From Curvularia clavata (taxonomy: Eukaryota): a stretch of 64,000 nt of DNA. How positions within the stretch are numbered: position 1 is the stretch's first letter; each line of letters begins with the position of its first letter. Of the stretch, positions 11,681 through 24,916 are shown piece after piece. The stretch is taken from contig CP089276.1 in the NCBI GenBank assembly GCA_023920165.1, positions 1,488,001-1,552,000 of the forward strand, given 5' to 3'. The notes beneath the pieces are model-generated. The model had not been told where the DNA came from. It searched no databases and saw only the letters and a program-made list of their open reading frames with translations. The position numbers and the translations under genes are program-made.

Positions 11681-13487
11681 TCATGACGCAGAAGCAGAAG
11701 CATACCGCGTCCCCATAGGCGCAATCCCGTCTTCGACATCTTCCCCTGGCTTGCTCAACCACTTCTTCCTCTTCTGCTTAGCGCTCTCGCTCGCTTTCCC
11801 CGCCATGTCGTCCTTCTCACCTCCGCCTCTGCTGAGCCGCTTCCAAATTCGGCGACCAAAGCTACTCTCCCTCTTGACCGCCTCCTTTTTTTCAGCCTCT
11901 TGCGCAAGAATTTGCCTTTCTTTTTTCGCGCTCTCACTCTTGTCCATTTGCTCTTCCATCTTGCGTGCATGCTCTTCTGGGTGCACCATTTTTTCCTCGG
12001 CGTCCTTGACATGCTCGACACCGTGCTTCATCTTTCTCCGTGTCTTTACGTAGGCCTCGAGACCCACTAGTACAGCATATGACCTCGAAATAGACACATG
12101 TGACATGTCCACGCCATTCTCCTTCAAGGAGTGGACAAAAGCACGGAAATTCTTCGTCGGAGGTCGATAGTGGCCAGACAGAGGCGAGAGGCGCCGAAGT
12201 TGCCCATCCTTGATCTTGATCAGACCTGCTGCCGAGATGCGAGCACCGTGAAGGAATGAGCTGTGTTGAAAGGCACCAGACTGCTTGATTCCAATATATA
12301 GACGAAAGGATGTATCAGCGACCTACAATAGCGTTAGTAGAGTGCAATAGGCAACTAACACAACAGCAGCATACAAATATCCACGAGTTTGGCTTCACAG
12401 AGCTCCGCAGCAGATGATTCAGAATTGTCGCGGCTGACACATGCTTGATCTTCGAGATTCCCTTGGCCTTCTCCAGATCTTCGTTCACATAATGTTCCCC
12501 CTCTGCATCGCTGACTGATGCTGAAGAGCTTGAACTCAGCGATATCAGCGAGCTCCGCCGTATCGTCTGGCTTTGTCCGGAGTGGAGTTTAGCTTTGGGG
12601 CCATAGGCTGGCGTATCGTCGTCCACAGGTACAATGCCATTGACGCTGTCCTTGTATTCCGGAGTGGTGTTTATGCGTTCTCCGTTCTTTGCCCAGCACA
12701 ACCGCCCTTGATCGTCAATAGTAACCAAGTAGTTCAGACGCTCTTCTCTTGACAGATAGCGCACCCGCTCCGAGTCCAACCTCTGCCTAGACACTGTTGG
12801 GTGCTCGTAGTTCTTTCCTTCGCCATGGTCAAGCCAATGAAAGAAATTCTCATGCGTCTCGGCCTTCTTCCACTGCTCATGGTACGCACGTAGATTGCTT
12901 CCGTATCGATGCTTCTGGTCAACCATCTCGAGAAAGTACTGCAGATCCATCATCTTGGCCGTCTTTTCTCGTTCATGCCTCGACTCTTCGTCTTTCCGCC
13001 GTTGTTCGGTCCATTCTTCTGGCTCATCTTCATCTGCCGGCCAAGCATCATGCGGATCGTCGGCCCCTGCGCGTCGTGCAATCTCACCTACCCGCTTCCA
13101 CTTCTCACGCGCTGCTGTCGAACTCGCCCGCTCGCGCTGCTCGGGTGTAGTGAGTTTCTCACGCTTGGCCTCCTCTTCGGCGCGTGGCCTCGGACGAGTC
13201 GTGTTACGCCATTTTGCTTGAACTTTTAGCTTGGCGCAGTAGAAGTAGATGATGAACTGCTAACCGTCGCGTATAGCCTGGTACCATTAGCCACACCATC
13301 TATCATTGTACATTGCAATGTTGCCGACCTCTGCCCAGCGTGCGCTAGCATCGAGCCCTAGGCCTTGGAGCTGCCTACGCTCGCGATAGCCTCGGTAGTT
13401 GCGCTGGATGATCTTTGCGGCTTGCTTTTGCTCCTCGGTGCCCATGCTGCCCGAGTACCGAGTCGCGACATCTTGGACCTCAGCCAT
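11681..13487 (-). CDS. IQ calmodulin-binding motif protein (IQM-like); introns 13278-13328, 13217-13264, 12323-12374
   Basis: IQ motif 'AAKIIQRNYRGYRERR', 'QYFLEMVDQKHRYGSNL', 'FFHWLDHGEGK', and spliced 'WIFVADTSFRLYIGIKQSGAFQHSSFL…SPLSGHYRP' typical of IQM-domain proteins. Confidence 0.88.
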
Positions 13488-14678
13488 ACTGGACTACGCG
13501 AGATATATGTGGCGCATGCCGTGGAGCAAGCAGTCATGGTGTGCGCAGGTGAGGCTTGACTTGCGGGACTGTCGGATTAGCTCGGTACTAGCCTAAAGTC
13601 CCGGCAACCCGGCAAGTGCCGCGTCATCATTCAACACCACGACTCATTGTCCAACGGTCAAACTTGCGATTGGCTCTGGATTGGCCGTTTGTTATTGATA
13701 CGCTGGCCTAAACAAGCTTTTTTTCTGTAATGGCGATTCGCTAGTGATAGTGAGCTTACTTCATCGTTGTTCATCTACGATCAGTACAGCTCTAGTACTA
13801 ACACACTACTGACCTATGAGTTGATCATCGAGATGGAACTTCCAGCTGTGGCAAAAGAACTGCCTGTTTTTTTCAAGCATATTCTCGTGAAGCAAGCAAG
13901 CCCCCGGGTTGTGCTAGACAGATTAAAAATGGCCCTGTTATCAGCAAAGAAAAAACTCACAACAACTCCAATACACTGAAAATACAGAACTAGCTTTGTA
14001 ATTCGAAAATATCTTGCCAAGTATCAAACTAAAAGCTTTATCCTATAGGTGTATCAATCATGTGAACTCCATCCAGCCCATGAATAATAGGTAATTTAAT
14101 AGGCGCTGTACATAATTTAAATATACCACCACTTTCCTCAAATTAATACAGACCTTTTTTCAGCAATTTACTCATCACAAACCTATCTAGTTTAGTTTCA
14201 ATGGGATTCAGGACTGCAATAGCTGCGACGGCCCTAGTGTTAATATTGTCCATAGACGGGCAGATTTGGGTTTCTGGATCCGAATCAAGAGGTTTTGGTA
14301 GACCAACGAAGATAGTCATTGACGAATAATTTCACATGCTTGCGTATACAGGTGGTGTCCTGCGTCTGGTGACCTGGTGGCGAGTAGATGTTATTCCAGG
14401 TGACATGTTGTATATGTTAGCCCTTTATCCGACTGTGAATCCCTTAGCAAGAAATTCAACAGGACGGCTCCGGGCAATCTTGCAACAAAATCATGGTGAA
14501 AACTCATTGTCAATCAATCTGACCCAAAGCAGACTTGTTTAGAAAGAACTCAATCTTCAAGGCCAAATACAAGGGATAATTCCAGCACACCGATCAATTT
14601 ATGAAGCTCTCAATAGTGAAGCTATCAAATTCAGACATTAAATACCACACACTACGCTATACTCTGCAGACTTCCCTC

Positions 14679-16208
14679 CTACGCATCAACAACACGCCAA
14701 TGCTCCCCCATCAACCCGTTGCTCTCCTCCGCCCCCTCATCCACCAGCTTCCTGCTCCCCTCCTCCCCCACAACCGGCAACCTGACCTCCAGCCGCTTTC
14801 CCTCTGGACAAATTCCTTTCTCAACTTCATACGGAAACGGCACATACTCCGGCAACAACCCGCATTGCTTCAGTGCCGTCGCATGGTCCCAGCTAATATG
14901 CTCGTGACACAAGCGGTCGCCGCGCAGGGCAACAACAGAGGTGAACGGGATGGAGAGGCGCTGTCCTGTAGGTGGAATACCGGGAAGAAGCCAGGGTATG
15001 TGGCTTGTGTGTGTGAGGGAGAAGACAAATTCGTCGATTACGCGGTCGATGCCGACGGTGCGGGAGACGAGGGAGAGAGAGGTGTCCGGGGGGTTGCTGA
15101 AGACGAAGTGGTGTGTGTAGAAGGCTGTGAGACGGTCTTTGCCAATTCCGCCACTGTGATGAGTTAGTTTCATGGGCTGGACAGTAAAGAGGGGAGTTCA
15201 AAGAAGAAAGATGGTGCGTACGTCATGGTAGGGATGTGGTTAACGTAGGGCTGGTCAACCATGGTCGCCATTGTCTTTTCCACGTCTCGCTCCCCAAACT
15301 CGTATTTTGTGTGCTCTTCCCACACGGCCTCGAGGTCAAAGTACGGTCCTCCCAACAACGGCTTAAGGAATGTCAGAGTTCGGGTGTGAGCGATGCCGGC
15401 GTTGCGTTTGTGGTAGTTTGGGTCGCTGGGGAATACCCAGCCAGACTCCTTTTCCGCATCCTCGTAGCGATAGGTCTTGACGCTGGGTGGAGAGATGCCA
15501 ACGGACTCGGTAGACGACTGACGACGATGAGCAATTGGAGGGCCGGGTAGATGAACTAGCTGGGGTGGTTGGTGTGTGGCGGTGAGAGAAGCGAATTTCC
15601 TGCCACTGTAGGATACAAGAGCTTTTATGGCTGGATTCTGGCACACAGCTTCATCAACGTAGTAAGGAGTCCGCGTTATGTATGCTGGACGTGGTTGTCA
15701 GTATTCGTTTTGAGAATATGCTTAGGGTCTTCGTTGAAAGAAGAGGTTCACGAACAGATCAATCCAATTCCCTTGTCAAACTCGCATTCTTTACACTCCC
15801 TAAGTATGTCTAGCGCTTTCTGCAGCGGGAACTCCTCGCCATCTTGGGCTGTGTTGCATGGAACGAGAAGCTAAAAGGCTTTTAGTATACGTTCGCTTGT
15901 CAAATCCAAACCGACCATCCTCTCCCCCACAGTCATACTCGCACTCATATTCCAATGTCATTTGTTTGTCTTTGGAACCAACATACCTGCACAACCGCAA
16001 ACCCCTCTTCAGCCCATTTCTGCAAGGGTGGAGGATCCAAATGCTTTTCACTCGGCTCAATCGCCGCGTAATGATCTAGCACCAGTACCAACCCAGGGCC
16101 TCTTCCATGCCTCGAGAGCGGTGCCTGGAACGTCACATGTGGAGATATACGTTGTGGCAGCGGGGGCGTGGGCGCTTGCGAAGGCGGGGTGATTTCAGCC
16201 TCACCCAT
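14679..16208 (-). CDS. Dienelactone hydrolase-like (carboxymethylenebutenolidase-like) protein with C-terminal SnoaL/NTF2-like domain; 3 introns
   Basis: 'PLSRHGRGPGLVL', 'LDPPPLQKWAEEGFAVVQ', 'AHTRTLTFLKPLLGGPYFDLEAVWEEHTKYEF', 'TMATMVDQPYVNHIPTM', 'DRVIDEF…PWLLPGIPPTG…HEHISWD'. Confidence 0.85.
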
Positions 16209-17680
16209 ATTGAAGCGATCAAGTTATGTTACGAGCAACAAGTCCTCTTTCTTCCGTGATACGAAAACGTTTCCAAGTTCCTGGTCGAGAAAACTTTCCT
16301 GGTAGCTCGAGAGGTGGTGGTCCGATTATTTGAGCAAGGCTGGAATGGTTCAAACAATGAGTTTACGTTCAGAAACGGTCGTTGGGAATTAATGAGGGGG
16401 TAGATGCACGTCATGTGGGGTAGTGCCTATGGGCCTGTCTGGTTTCGCCAACTTCGATTTCAACTCCAACCCCGAGTTGAACTTGATTGACGCACTATAC
16501 CCACTATGGTAATTCTGATTACTTGAGTTGAAAAGAAGGTGATCCCCTATTTTCATCTCAATGATGACATCGCTGGGGTTCTTGATACTTCTCAGTAGCA
16601 ACATTGTTTCTTCGCCGCCAGCTAAAGAGGCAGCTCATAAATTATTCTACATCCTCGTGTAGGACAAGAAATAAATTTCGCAAGCATGTGCTCATTTTTT
16701 TTTCCCTCCCAAAATGGCTTTGCTGAAGCTCTTCGCTGGCACGGTAGCTGTTTGAAAGTCAATTTTCGGATAGCACAAGCACCGTTTGCTGCAGTAGGAA
16801 ATCGGTCATGTCTCCTAACCCCTTGTCCACGATTTCAAATCGAGTGACTTTGGAAATGCGACAGATAGTGGCGTCGTAGCAAGCAGTTTTGAGGTTACGT
16901 TTGGCGGTGTCACAAAAACGTCTAAGCTAGTCGATGCAGAGTACAGTGGACCCGGTTGCCATGTGGTTGACCCAGCACGCGGTACATGAATCGCAAGAGA
17001 AAGTGATTCGGACGATGAGCAGGTGATTTCCGCTGTCGAAACTGATTAGGACTCAGCCCCATTGTGCGTTGGTAAATTGCCACATGTGTTTTGGTGCATG
17101 GAACAGCGTTTACGAGGGGTTGTACCACCTCAAAGCACACGTGGCTCCGTACAAAGTCATCTTCTAACATCCTTGTTTTCAAAGTGAGTTCTGATAGTAC
17201 TTTGACGAAAAATTGTGGGTATTTACTATACGTATGTGATATCCCGGAGCCTGTAATGAGCTTGAGCGACATTTGATCCGCTGTCCAACGGTGAACGATC
17301 CAGATCTTTCATTCTTGGAATCAACCGCGCATATTCAGCTTAGCTTTCTTCCTGATGAAATTGAATCCATTGTTTTGTGCAACATGTGACCAGTACGTGT
17401 TACACGCCTAGCACGTGTTATCCAAGACTCTGTGTGCCAGTCAGTATCGCGTCTATATCACAAGGGAGCTAATCCTGCCAGCAAACTGAGTCCACCCGAA
17501 AAGGAAATCAAATTATATGAGGATCTTCCACTGCTATACTTGGATTCACCTACGTTCAAGCCTCAATAAACCTTATCGCTGAATTCGGAGCATTCCAAAA
17601 GGCTACTTGAGTGGTCGGCGGCAGATATAATACCGCGGTAGCTGTGATTCGCCCTCGCTCGGGCAGCAGTATTGCTGATA

Positions 17681-20600
17681 TCAATTAGGTGCTGTGCTAT
17701 TTGTCTCGCCCCTAATTTGCTGAAGCACCTGCGCTGCAACTGCGACAGCATCTTCGGGAAGTCCTAGTTTTGCATGAGGCTAAGCCCGCAAGAAGGAGCA
17801 GTCTGTCGAAGGTAACTTACCAGCAATTCTAGCTACTTTCAGTGCATGGCTCTCGCGGTTGACGCCTTTCCTCAGTCGATGTACGTAAGAGAAGTTTCCA
17901 TTCGGTTCTTCAATCACATCGTTGCAGTAGCAACCTAAATGTTCCAAGTCCTTGGTCATATCAGCGAGTGCGTGGAAATGGGTTGCAAACAGGGTTCGGC
18001 ATCTGTTGACATGGTACAAATGATGGATGCAAGCGTAGCCCACGGCAATGCCATCCTCTGGTGTCGTTCCCCGCCCCACTTCATCCATGATGACGAAGGA
18101 GCGAGGTGTAGCCTCCTTTAGAATCTGTGCTGTTTCAAGCATCTCAACCATGAACGTGGACTGATCTTGGTAGAGATTGTCTGCCGAGCCGACGCGACTG
18201 AAGATCTTGTCCACCAAGCCGATCTCTGCGTACTCTGCTGGTACAAAAGATCCTGTTTGGGCCAAAATGGAAATGATTGCATTCTGGCGAAGATATGTGC
18301 TTTTGCCGGCCATGTTGGGACCTGTGATAAGCCATATAAGCTCTCCTTGACCGAGTTGACAATCATTCGGTGCAAACTTGCGCCCTTGTTCGTATAAACC
18401 ATTTTCTACAACTGGATGTCGCCCGCCAACGATGTTATGCGACGGCTCTGCGGAAAGGATAGGTCGAACGAAGTGTCTCTCTGAAGCGAGTGCTGCAAAG
18501 GCACAGGCGACGTCTAATTCATCAATTATGGCAGCATTTCGTCGAAGTTTGACTAGGCTTCGCACCACTCCTTCGCGTAACTCAACAAGAATACGCTGCT
18601 CCTCTGCTCGGATACGAAAGCGGGTCTCGTCCATTTGAGCACCCAGCTGTGTCCATTCAGGGATCTGAAAAGACCGAGTAGATTTGCTGCTACTCAAGCT
18701 CTTGGGATAATGTTTCGTCACTCTAGAGGTGTCTTTTCCTCTAACATACGCAATATGGGCGAGATTAGGGGTCCATTTTAACACCAAGCTCTCGGTTCCC
18801 ATTTTTCGACGCAGTTTGCTCTCCATATCGCTTTTGGACTGTCTCAATGTCTCCAAGGTCTTATGCAGTTTCTTCAGGGTTGGGCTAGCATTGGACTTCA
18901 TGATGTGAACATCCTCTCTCCCATCCGTGGCGCTCTTGAAGCTCCCTGCTATCATATGAGGCTTGGGTTGAACACGTTTGGGCATGCTCTTCAAATCCTC
19001 TTCGCCAGCCTCTCGACCCAGCACGTCTTGAGCCAGTTCTGCTATCTCATCGGCCTCTTCGTCTTCGATACGATGATACTCAGACAAGCCCTCCTCGTCA
19101 ATGGCTTCTTGTATATGTTGTGCGAGTTCAAGTGGCGGCCCAAGATCGAATCGACGTTCGAGCATTGCAATGCACTGCGTGCGTCGGGTACTAGTCGTGG
19201 GAGTAGCAGCATCAACCGGAGTGCTTTTTCTAAAGACTGCATGTGCCTGTAAGACTTCAGAAATGGCAGAAGTCGTGTGAATTGTCTTAGAAAGTTCTAT
19301 GAGATCATCGGCGTCACCACGGCCGTATGTGAATTTGGTGACCAGTCGAAGAGAATCGAATGTTTGTTCTAAAAGTGTAGTAATCTCGTGTCGCAACTGT
19401 GGATACTGTATCATCTCTTCTACTAGATCGAGTCTATCATTGATTGTTGAAAGAGACATGGATGGTGCAGCTTCAGTTCATCAGCGATTTTCAAACTACC
19501 ATTGACTAGCCACTCACACAAGCGCTGCGTAAGAAGCCTAGTTCCACTCTTCGTGACCGTCTTCTTTAACGTGTGTAGCAAGCTTCCTTGATATGCACCG
19601 TCGCGAATGGTGCTTCGAATTTCCAGTGCCCTTAGACTGTTCTTGTCGATGCTCATATGCTCTTCAGCTTGGTGCCTTATCGGAGCTTGAAGTCGCATCC
19701 GGGAATCCAGCAGTTGATGCTTGACATAATGCAACAGTGATCCTCCTGCAGATACTTCACTGGGGGTGAAACTGGCCATGTCGAAGTCATGCACAACCTC
19801 TTCTAACATGGGCATCCAGTCTTCCACGGTGAGACGTTTTTCTGGGGGATCTTGGAAAGTGATTACATGCCCGTCTTCTTGCAGGACAGAGACGATCTGC
19901 GAATATTCAGGCTCTTGAAATATACTCTCCAATACTATCTCCCTTGGTTTGATACGAGCAACCGCTGAAGGCAGCGATGCAATATCCGTATTCTGTGTCA
20001 GGAAGTCACCGCTGGATAAATCGATCCACGCGAGGCCTACCTCGGTGCGCGGTAGATTGAAAACCGACGAGACATTTTCGGTACTCTGGCTTTGCTTCAC
20101 TGCAGTCACCTTACTCAGATCTTCGGGGTTTACATGAATACCGAGAAGGTAGTTGTTCTCCCATGGATCCATAAAGTGCTCGTCGATGAGGGTGCCTGGC
20201 GTCACAATGCGTGAAACTCTCCTGGTATATTGAGGCTCGCCTTTTGCTTTAGTCGGTGCATCATTCAGGAACTCGTCACTTATTGCTACATGCTTGTTGA
20301 GGTCCTGGACAAGGATTTTAAGGTATCGGTCCAGTTGGTAGGCAGGAAAGCCGGCCTGAGACCATTAGCACCATCTGTTCCTGGACGAGGTGCTTTTGAC
20401 GAACCATTGATACTGCAGGTTTTTTACTCCCTTTCAGAGCCTTCCTTTTGCTCTTTTTGATGTTCAAGAGAGGCGCAAACTCCTCTGCATGCTCAAAGTA
20501 CAGCTATTTTCGTTTCAGCAAGGCCACCATGAGACTGACCACACTGAGCAGGTACCTCGTAGAAGCCTCCGACCCGTGTGAGAAGCACACAATGGCTGAA

Positions 20601-20924
20601 CTTGAGCATGTTGTTGCGCACTTGCTGCAACAGCGGAGGGTATTCTGGTGCGGCGTCATTCTGAGGTGGCAATGCCTCGGTTTGGAGAGGGCCTTGGTGT
20701 ATTTCATCCAAATCGACTATTGTTTTTCTTTTTGCGCCACGGCGTTGCGATGACTGAAGACACGGCGAACTGGCACATTGCGCTGCACGTGGTTTCGCGA
20801 AGGGTCGCGTTGAGCCTGGAAAGAGGCCCGAAGCAGCAGTATATGGTCTGTAGAGAAATGAAGAGCTCCTGGTTCCAGATGACCGAATTGGACGCGCGAG
20901 ATATCGCGCTCGCATCCAGGACAT
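17681..20924 (-). CDS. MSH1: Mitochondrial MutS homolog Msh1; multi-intron
   Basis: Arg/Ser-rich presequence-like N-terminus, MutS-I 'LLTRVGGFYE' and 'VTPGTLIDE', ATPase motifs 'ITGPNMAGKSTYLRQ', 'STFMVEM', 'DEVGRGT', 'FATHFH'. The last exon 'GLPEDAVAVA…' stops at 17681. Confidence 0.93.
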
Positions 20925-21099
20925 ACTCGGTCCCAAGTAGTTTGTAAGAATCACGGGTGGATGACGATGGTCAAGATGCAGGAACGCGTCTGCATACGGT
21001 TAGGCCATCGGGCCTTTACGCGGGGTACTCGGAACGTCCAAAAGGTCAGACGCCGCGACGAGGACGCATCCGCACTCTCTGCTTACCCTCATAGCAAAA
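20925..21099. promoter_or_regulatory. Compact bidirectional promoter between MSH1 and HEM12
   Basis: The divergent ATGs (20924 and 21100) are only ~175 bp apart. Confidence 0.65.
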
Positions 21100-22403
21100 A
21101 TGGCGCCCCAATTTGAGCCTATGAAGAATGACTTGATTCTGCGCACAGCAAGAGGTCCATGACCCCCTCTCTTTCCAACGGGCGCCACCAATTGACATTC
21201 TACAGGCGAAAAAGTCGAGCGCCCACCAATATGGGTAATGCGACAAGGTAAGGGCTCTGGCTCTGGCTCTTTGAGGTGCTCCAGAACTGACAACTTACAG
21301 CCGGACGCTATCTTCCCGAGTACCACAAGGAAAAGGGCAACAATGACTTTTTTGAGTGCTGTCGTAGCCCCGAAATTGCATCGAATCTCACCCTCCAGCC
21401 CATTGACCGCTATGCGGGCCTCATAGATGCTGCCATCATCTTCTCCGATATCCTCGTCATACCTCAGGCCATGGGAATGGAAGTTATCATGGTCGACAAA
21501 AAGGGACCTCACTTCCCTGACCCGCTACAAACTCCCGACGACAAGCAGTACAAGGAGGTGCTGGAGAGGGAGGTAGACGTTGCAGAGTCGCTCGACTACG
21601 TATACAAGGCCATTACATTGACAAGGCAAAAGCTGGCCGGGAGAGTACCATTGATTGGTTTCTGCGGTGCGCCTTGGACACTGCTATGCTACATGGTTGA
21701 AGGTGGAGGTAGCAAGATGTTCATTCAGACTAAGACATGGATCTACAAGTACCCAGAACAGAGCAAGGCGCTTCTGAAGAAGATTGCAGAGCTCTGCGTC
21801 GAATACCTTGCTTTGCAGGTGCAGGCTGGAGCTCAGGTAAGGATCATGATTCATAGCGTTTGAACCCACGGTACTGACAAGAGCAGATGATCCAAGTCTT
21901 CGATTCATGGGCCGGCGAGCTGTCTCCTTCATGCTTCAAGACCTTCGCACTCCCATACCTCAGCTATATTGCCGACAATCTCCCTGAACGTCTTCAGTCT
22001 AAAGGCCTGGAGCCTGTCCCAATGACGGTTTTCGCCAAAGGCGCGTGGTATGCTCTGCCAGACCTCTGCGACACAAAATATAACACTATTGGTCTGGACT
22101 GGCTTCACGACCCAGCCGAGGCATACAAGATGGCGCAGGCAAAGGGCAAGGTGTTGCAGGGCAATGCGGACCCTGGTGTCCTGTATGGCAGCAGGGAATC
22201 CATCACAAAAGTAGTAGAGGAGATGGTTGCTGGCTTCGGTGGCGGCAAGCAGGGATGGATTGCGAACCTTGGCCATGGTATGTCCTTTGACAGTTGAGTC
22301 TTGTCCGTGTTAGTATTAACGTTTTGTAGGCATCACCCCATTCGTCAAGCCGGATGATCTCAAGTTCTACTTTGAAGAGATCCACCGACTGACAAAGGCT
22401 TGA
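21100..22403 (+). CDS. HEM12: Uroporphyrinogen decarboxylase; introns 21155-21205, 21248-21300, 21837-21886, 22278-22329
   Basis: Spliced '[32 protein letters not shown]', '[11 protein letters not shown]', '[10 protein letters not shown]', 'QVFDSWAG', 'LQGNADP', 'NLGHGITP'. Confidence 0.96.
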
Positions 22404-23583
22404 TACAAAAACCTCGACGAGGCCAAGGCGGCCAAGACTCTTGCGGTGGTGGACTTTGCTGGTTCCGGTTACTGCTAAGTATGCACTTAGAGCCGCGAGA
22501 CCAGTCGTGCGCCTTATGGGGAGAGTATCACGTGATCAAAGATACAAGGTTCTGGTAGAGACGCAGGTCGCGCTGCCAAGTGTACCCTTACATATTCCCT
22601 GCCTCCAATCCTCAGCAATGAGTCTGTCCACAGTGTGTCTTGAGTAGTGAGATTTGGTAGAAGACACATGTCACATGCCTGCGCATTGCTTTGGCTGCAA
22701 TCAAACCAACCCCAGTGTTGACGAGCATGCATCAGCTTCGAGTTCTTGAGCTATACGCAAAGAAAGTACTTGGGATTGAGACCAAAAATTTTATCGTGTT
22801 TTTCTAGTAGCACAATTCACAGACGGCTTCTGCACGTTGCCCCAACGAACCAAGGGCGAAAAGGGTCCGGTGTCGCCAATCGTCGGTTATAAGAGCCCTA
22901 CGGATCGACTGTCACCCGATTGGCTGGCGCAGTAGTGGCCCTAGCGTGCGTCCATCGAAGCTTCCTAAGAACTTGAGCACCGAGGACCTGTGCATTTGCT
23001 GCGAAAATGGCTATTTAAAGCACGTCGCAGCATCATCGTCGTCGGTTTCGAATTTTCCAGGCCCAGACGAGCAGTTTGGGCAGGCCGATGAGTGTCTCGA
23101 GGCCATCTTGGGCTGTTGAGGCCCCATGGAAGGCCATGGAATGGGTTGGAATCTTCTCTCGCTCGGCGCTGCCGGTGTATTTGCAACATCCCGGTTACTA
23201 CTTTTAAGTCCACAGGCGGCGCCATCACCATTTGCTCTCACAACAAATATACACCCACTGCCTTGAGCCGCAACCAGGTGCTCGCTTGTTCCCGTTTTGC
23301 CTTCCTGTGGCGACTATTGGTAAGTGCTTTTCGTCCCTCGCCCCCTGCTCCTGGCGTCAGAAGCGCCCGCGGCGGTTCATAAGGCTGGCCTTTCTTTTGT
23401 CCACGTCGCACCGCACCCTCACCCACGACCTGACCGCTGACCATATAAATAAAGATTCTTAGAAGCTTCACGGATCGCCTTCTACAGAACTCTTGTGCAT
23501 ACGCTATACATTCCCCTCAACTCGACTTTTTCTCGCGACCCCACTAGCCCCTCTACACCACTACACAGCCTGCAACCGCGACC

Positions 23584-24916
23584 ATGGTGAAGGACACCAA
23601 GCTTTACGATACCCTCGGGGTAAGCATGGCCCTATCCATATGCACACAGCATCACGACCTAACAATCTCAGGTGTCGCCAGACTGCTCCGAGTCACAGCT
23701 TAAATCCGCATACAAGAAGGGTGCGCTCAAGTGGCATCCCGATAAGAACGCACACAACCCCGAGGCTGCAGACAAGTTCAAGGACCTCTCACACGCCTAC
23801 GAAGTTCTCTCCGACCCCCAGAAGCGCCAAATATACGACCAGTATGGTGAGGAGGGTCTCGAGCAAGGTGGTATGGGTGGCGGAGGCGGCATGGCTGCCG
23901 AGGATCTGTTCGCACAGTTCTTTGGCGGCGGCGGCGGCCCCTTCGGAGGCATGTTCGGCGGCGGTATGGGCGGAGGACGCGAGCAAGGCCCCAAGAAAGC
24001 ACGCACAATCTCCCATGTCCACAAGGTATCGCTCGAGGATGTCTACCGCGGCAAGGTCTCGAAGCTGGCGCTCCAGAAGTCCGTCATTTGCCCCAAGTGC
24101 AACGGTATCGGCGGCAAGGAGGGCGCTGTCAAGAAGTGTGCTGGCTGTGATGGCCGCGGTATGAAGCACATGATGAGGCAGATGGGCCCTATGATCCAAC
24201 GCTTCCAGACCGTATGCCCAGACTGCCAGGGAGAAGGAGAAATCATCCGCGACAAGGACCGATGCAAGCAGTGCAACGGCAAGAAGACCATCATCGAGCG
24301 CAAGGTCCTGCACGTCCACGTCGACCGTGGTGTTAAGAGCGGCCACAAGATCGAATTCCGAGGCGAAGGTGATCAATTGCCGGGCGTAGAGCCAGGCGAC
24401 GTTGTTTTTGAGATTGAGCAGAAGCCCCACCCTCGCTTCCAGCGCAAGGATGACGACCTTTTCTACCACGCGGAGATTGACCTGCTGACGGCCCTTGCCG
24501 GAGGCCAGATCCACATTGAGCACCTGGATGAACGATGGTTAACCGTCGACATCATCCCTGGCGAGTGCATCAGCCCCGGCGAGGTCAAGGTGATCCGCGG
24601 TCAAGGTATGCCATCATACCGACACCACGACTTCGGCAACCTCTACATTCAGTTTGACGTCAAGTTCCCCGAGCGCCTCGGCAATGCAGAAGGCGGCCCG
24701 ATGGACCCTGAGCAGATCCGCGCCCTCGAGTCGGTCCTACCTCCACGCAAGGTTCCCGACGCCCTGCCTCCGCCAGACGCAATGACCGAAGACTTTACCC
24801 TCGAGGACGTCGACCAGGGAGGCGAAGGCGCACGTGCCCGCGGCATGGGCGGCATGGATGACGACGAGGACGACATGCACCCAGGCGCTGAGCGCGTACA
24901 GTGTGCATCGCAGTAA
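23584..24916 (+). CDS. YDJ1: Type I Hsp40/DnaJ co-chaperone Ydj1/Mas5; intron ~23620-23671
   Basis: [12 protein letters not shown] start, J-domain HPD, G/F region, four CxxCxGxG-type zinc repeats, C-terminal CaaX 'CASQ'. Confidence 0.96.

Noticed and set aside
16555..17490. TGATGA box C-like words suggesting snoRNAs
   Set aside because: No well-placed box D, terminal stem or recognisable rRNA guide. It would need an Infernal/snoscan search.
22395..22480. Stop-codon readthrough to a cryptic peroxisomal signal in HEM12
   Set aside because: Stop context is TGA TAC rather than TGA CTA, and the extension ends in GYC, not a PTS1.
23789..24523. 244-aa antisense ORF over YDJ1, and similar ones over PEX6, the Sel1 gene and the Scm3 gene
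   Set aside because: Antisense shadows of GC3-rich coding sequence.
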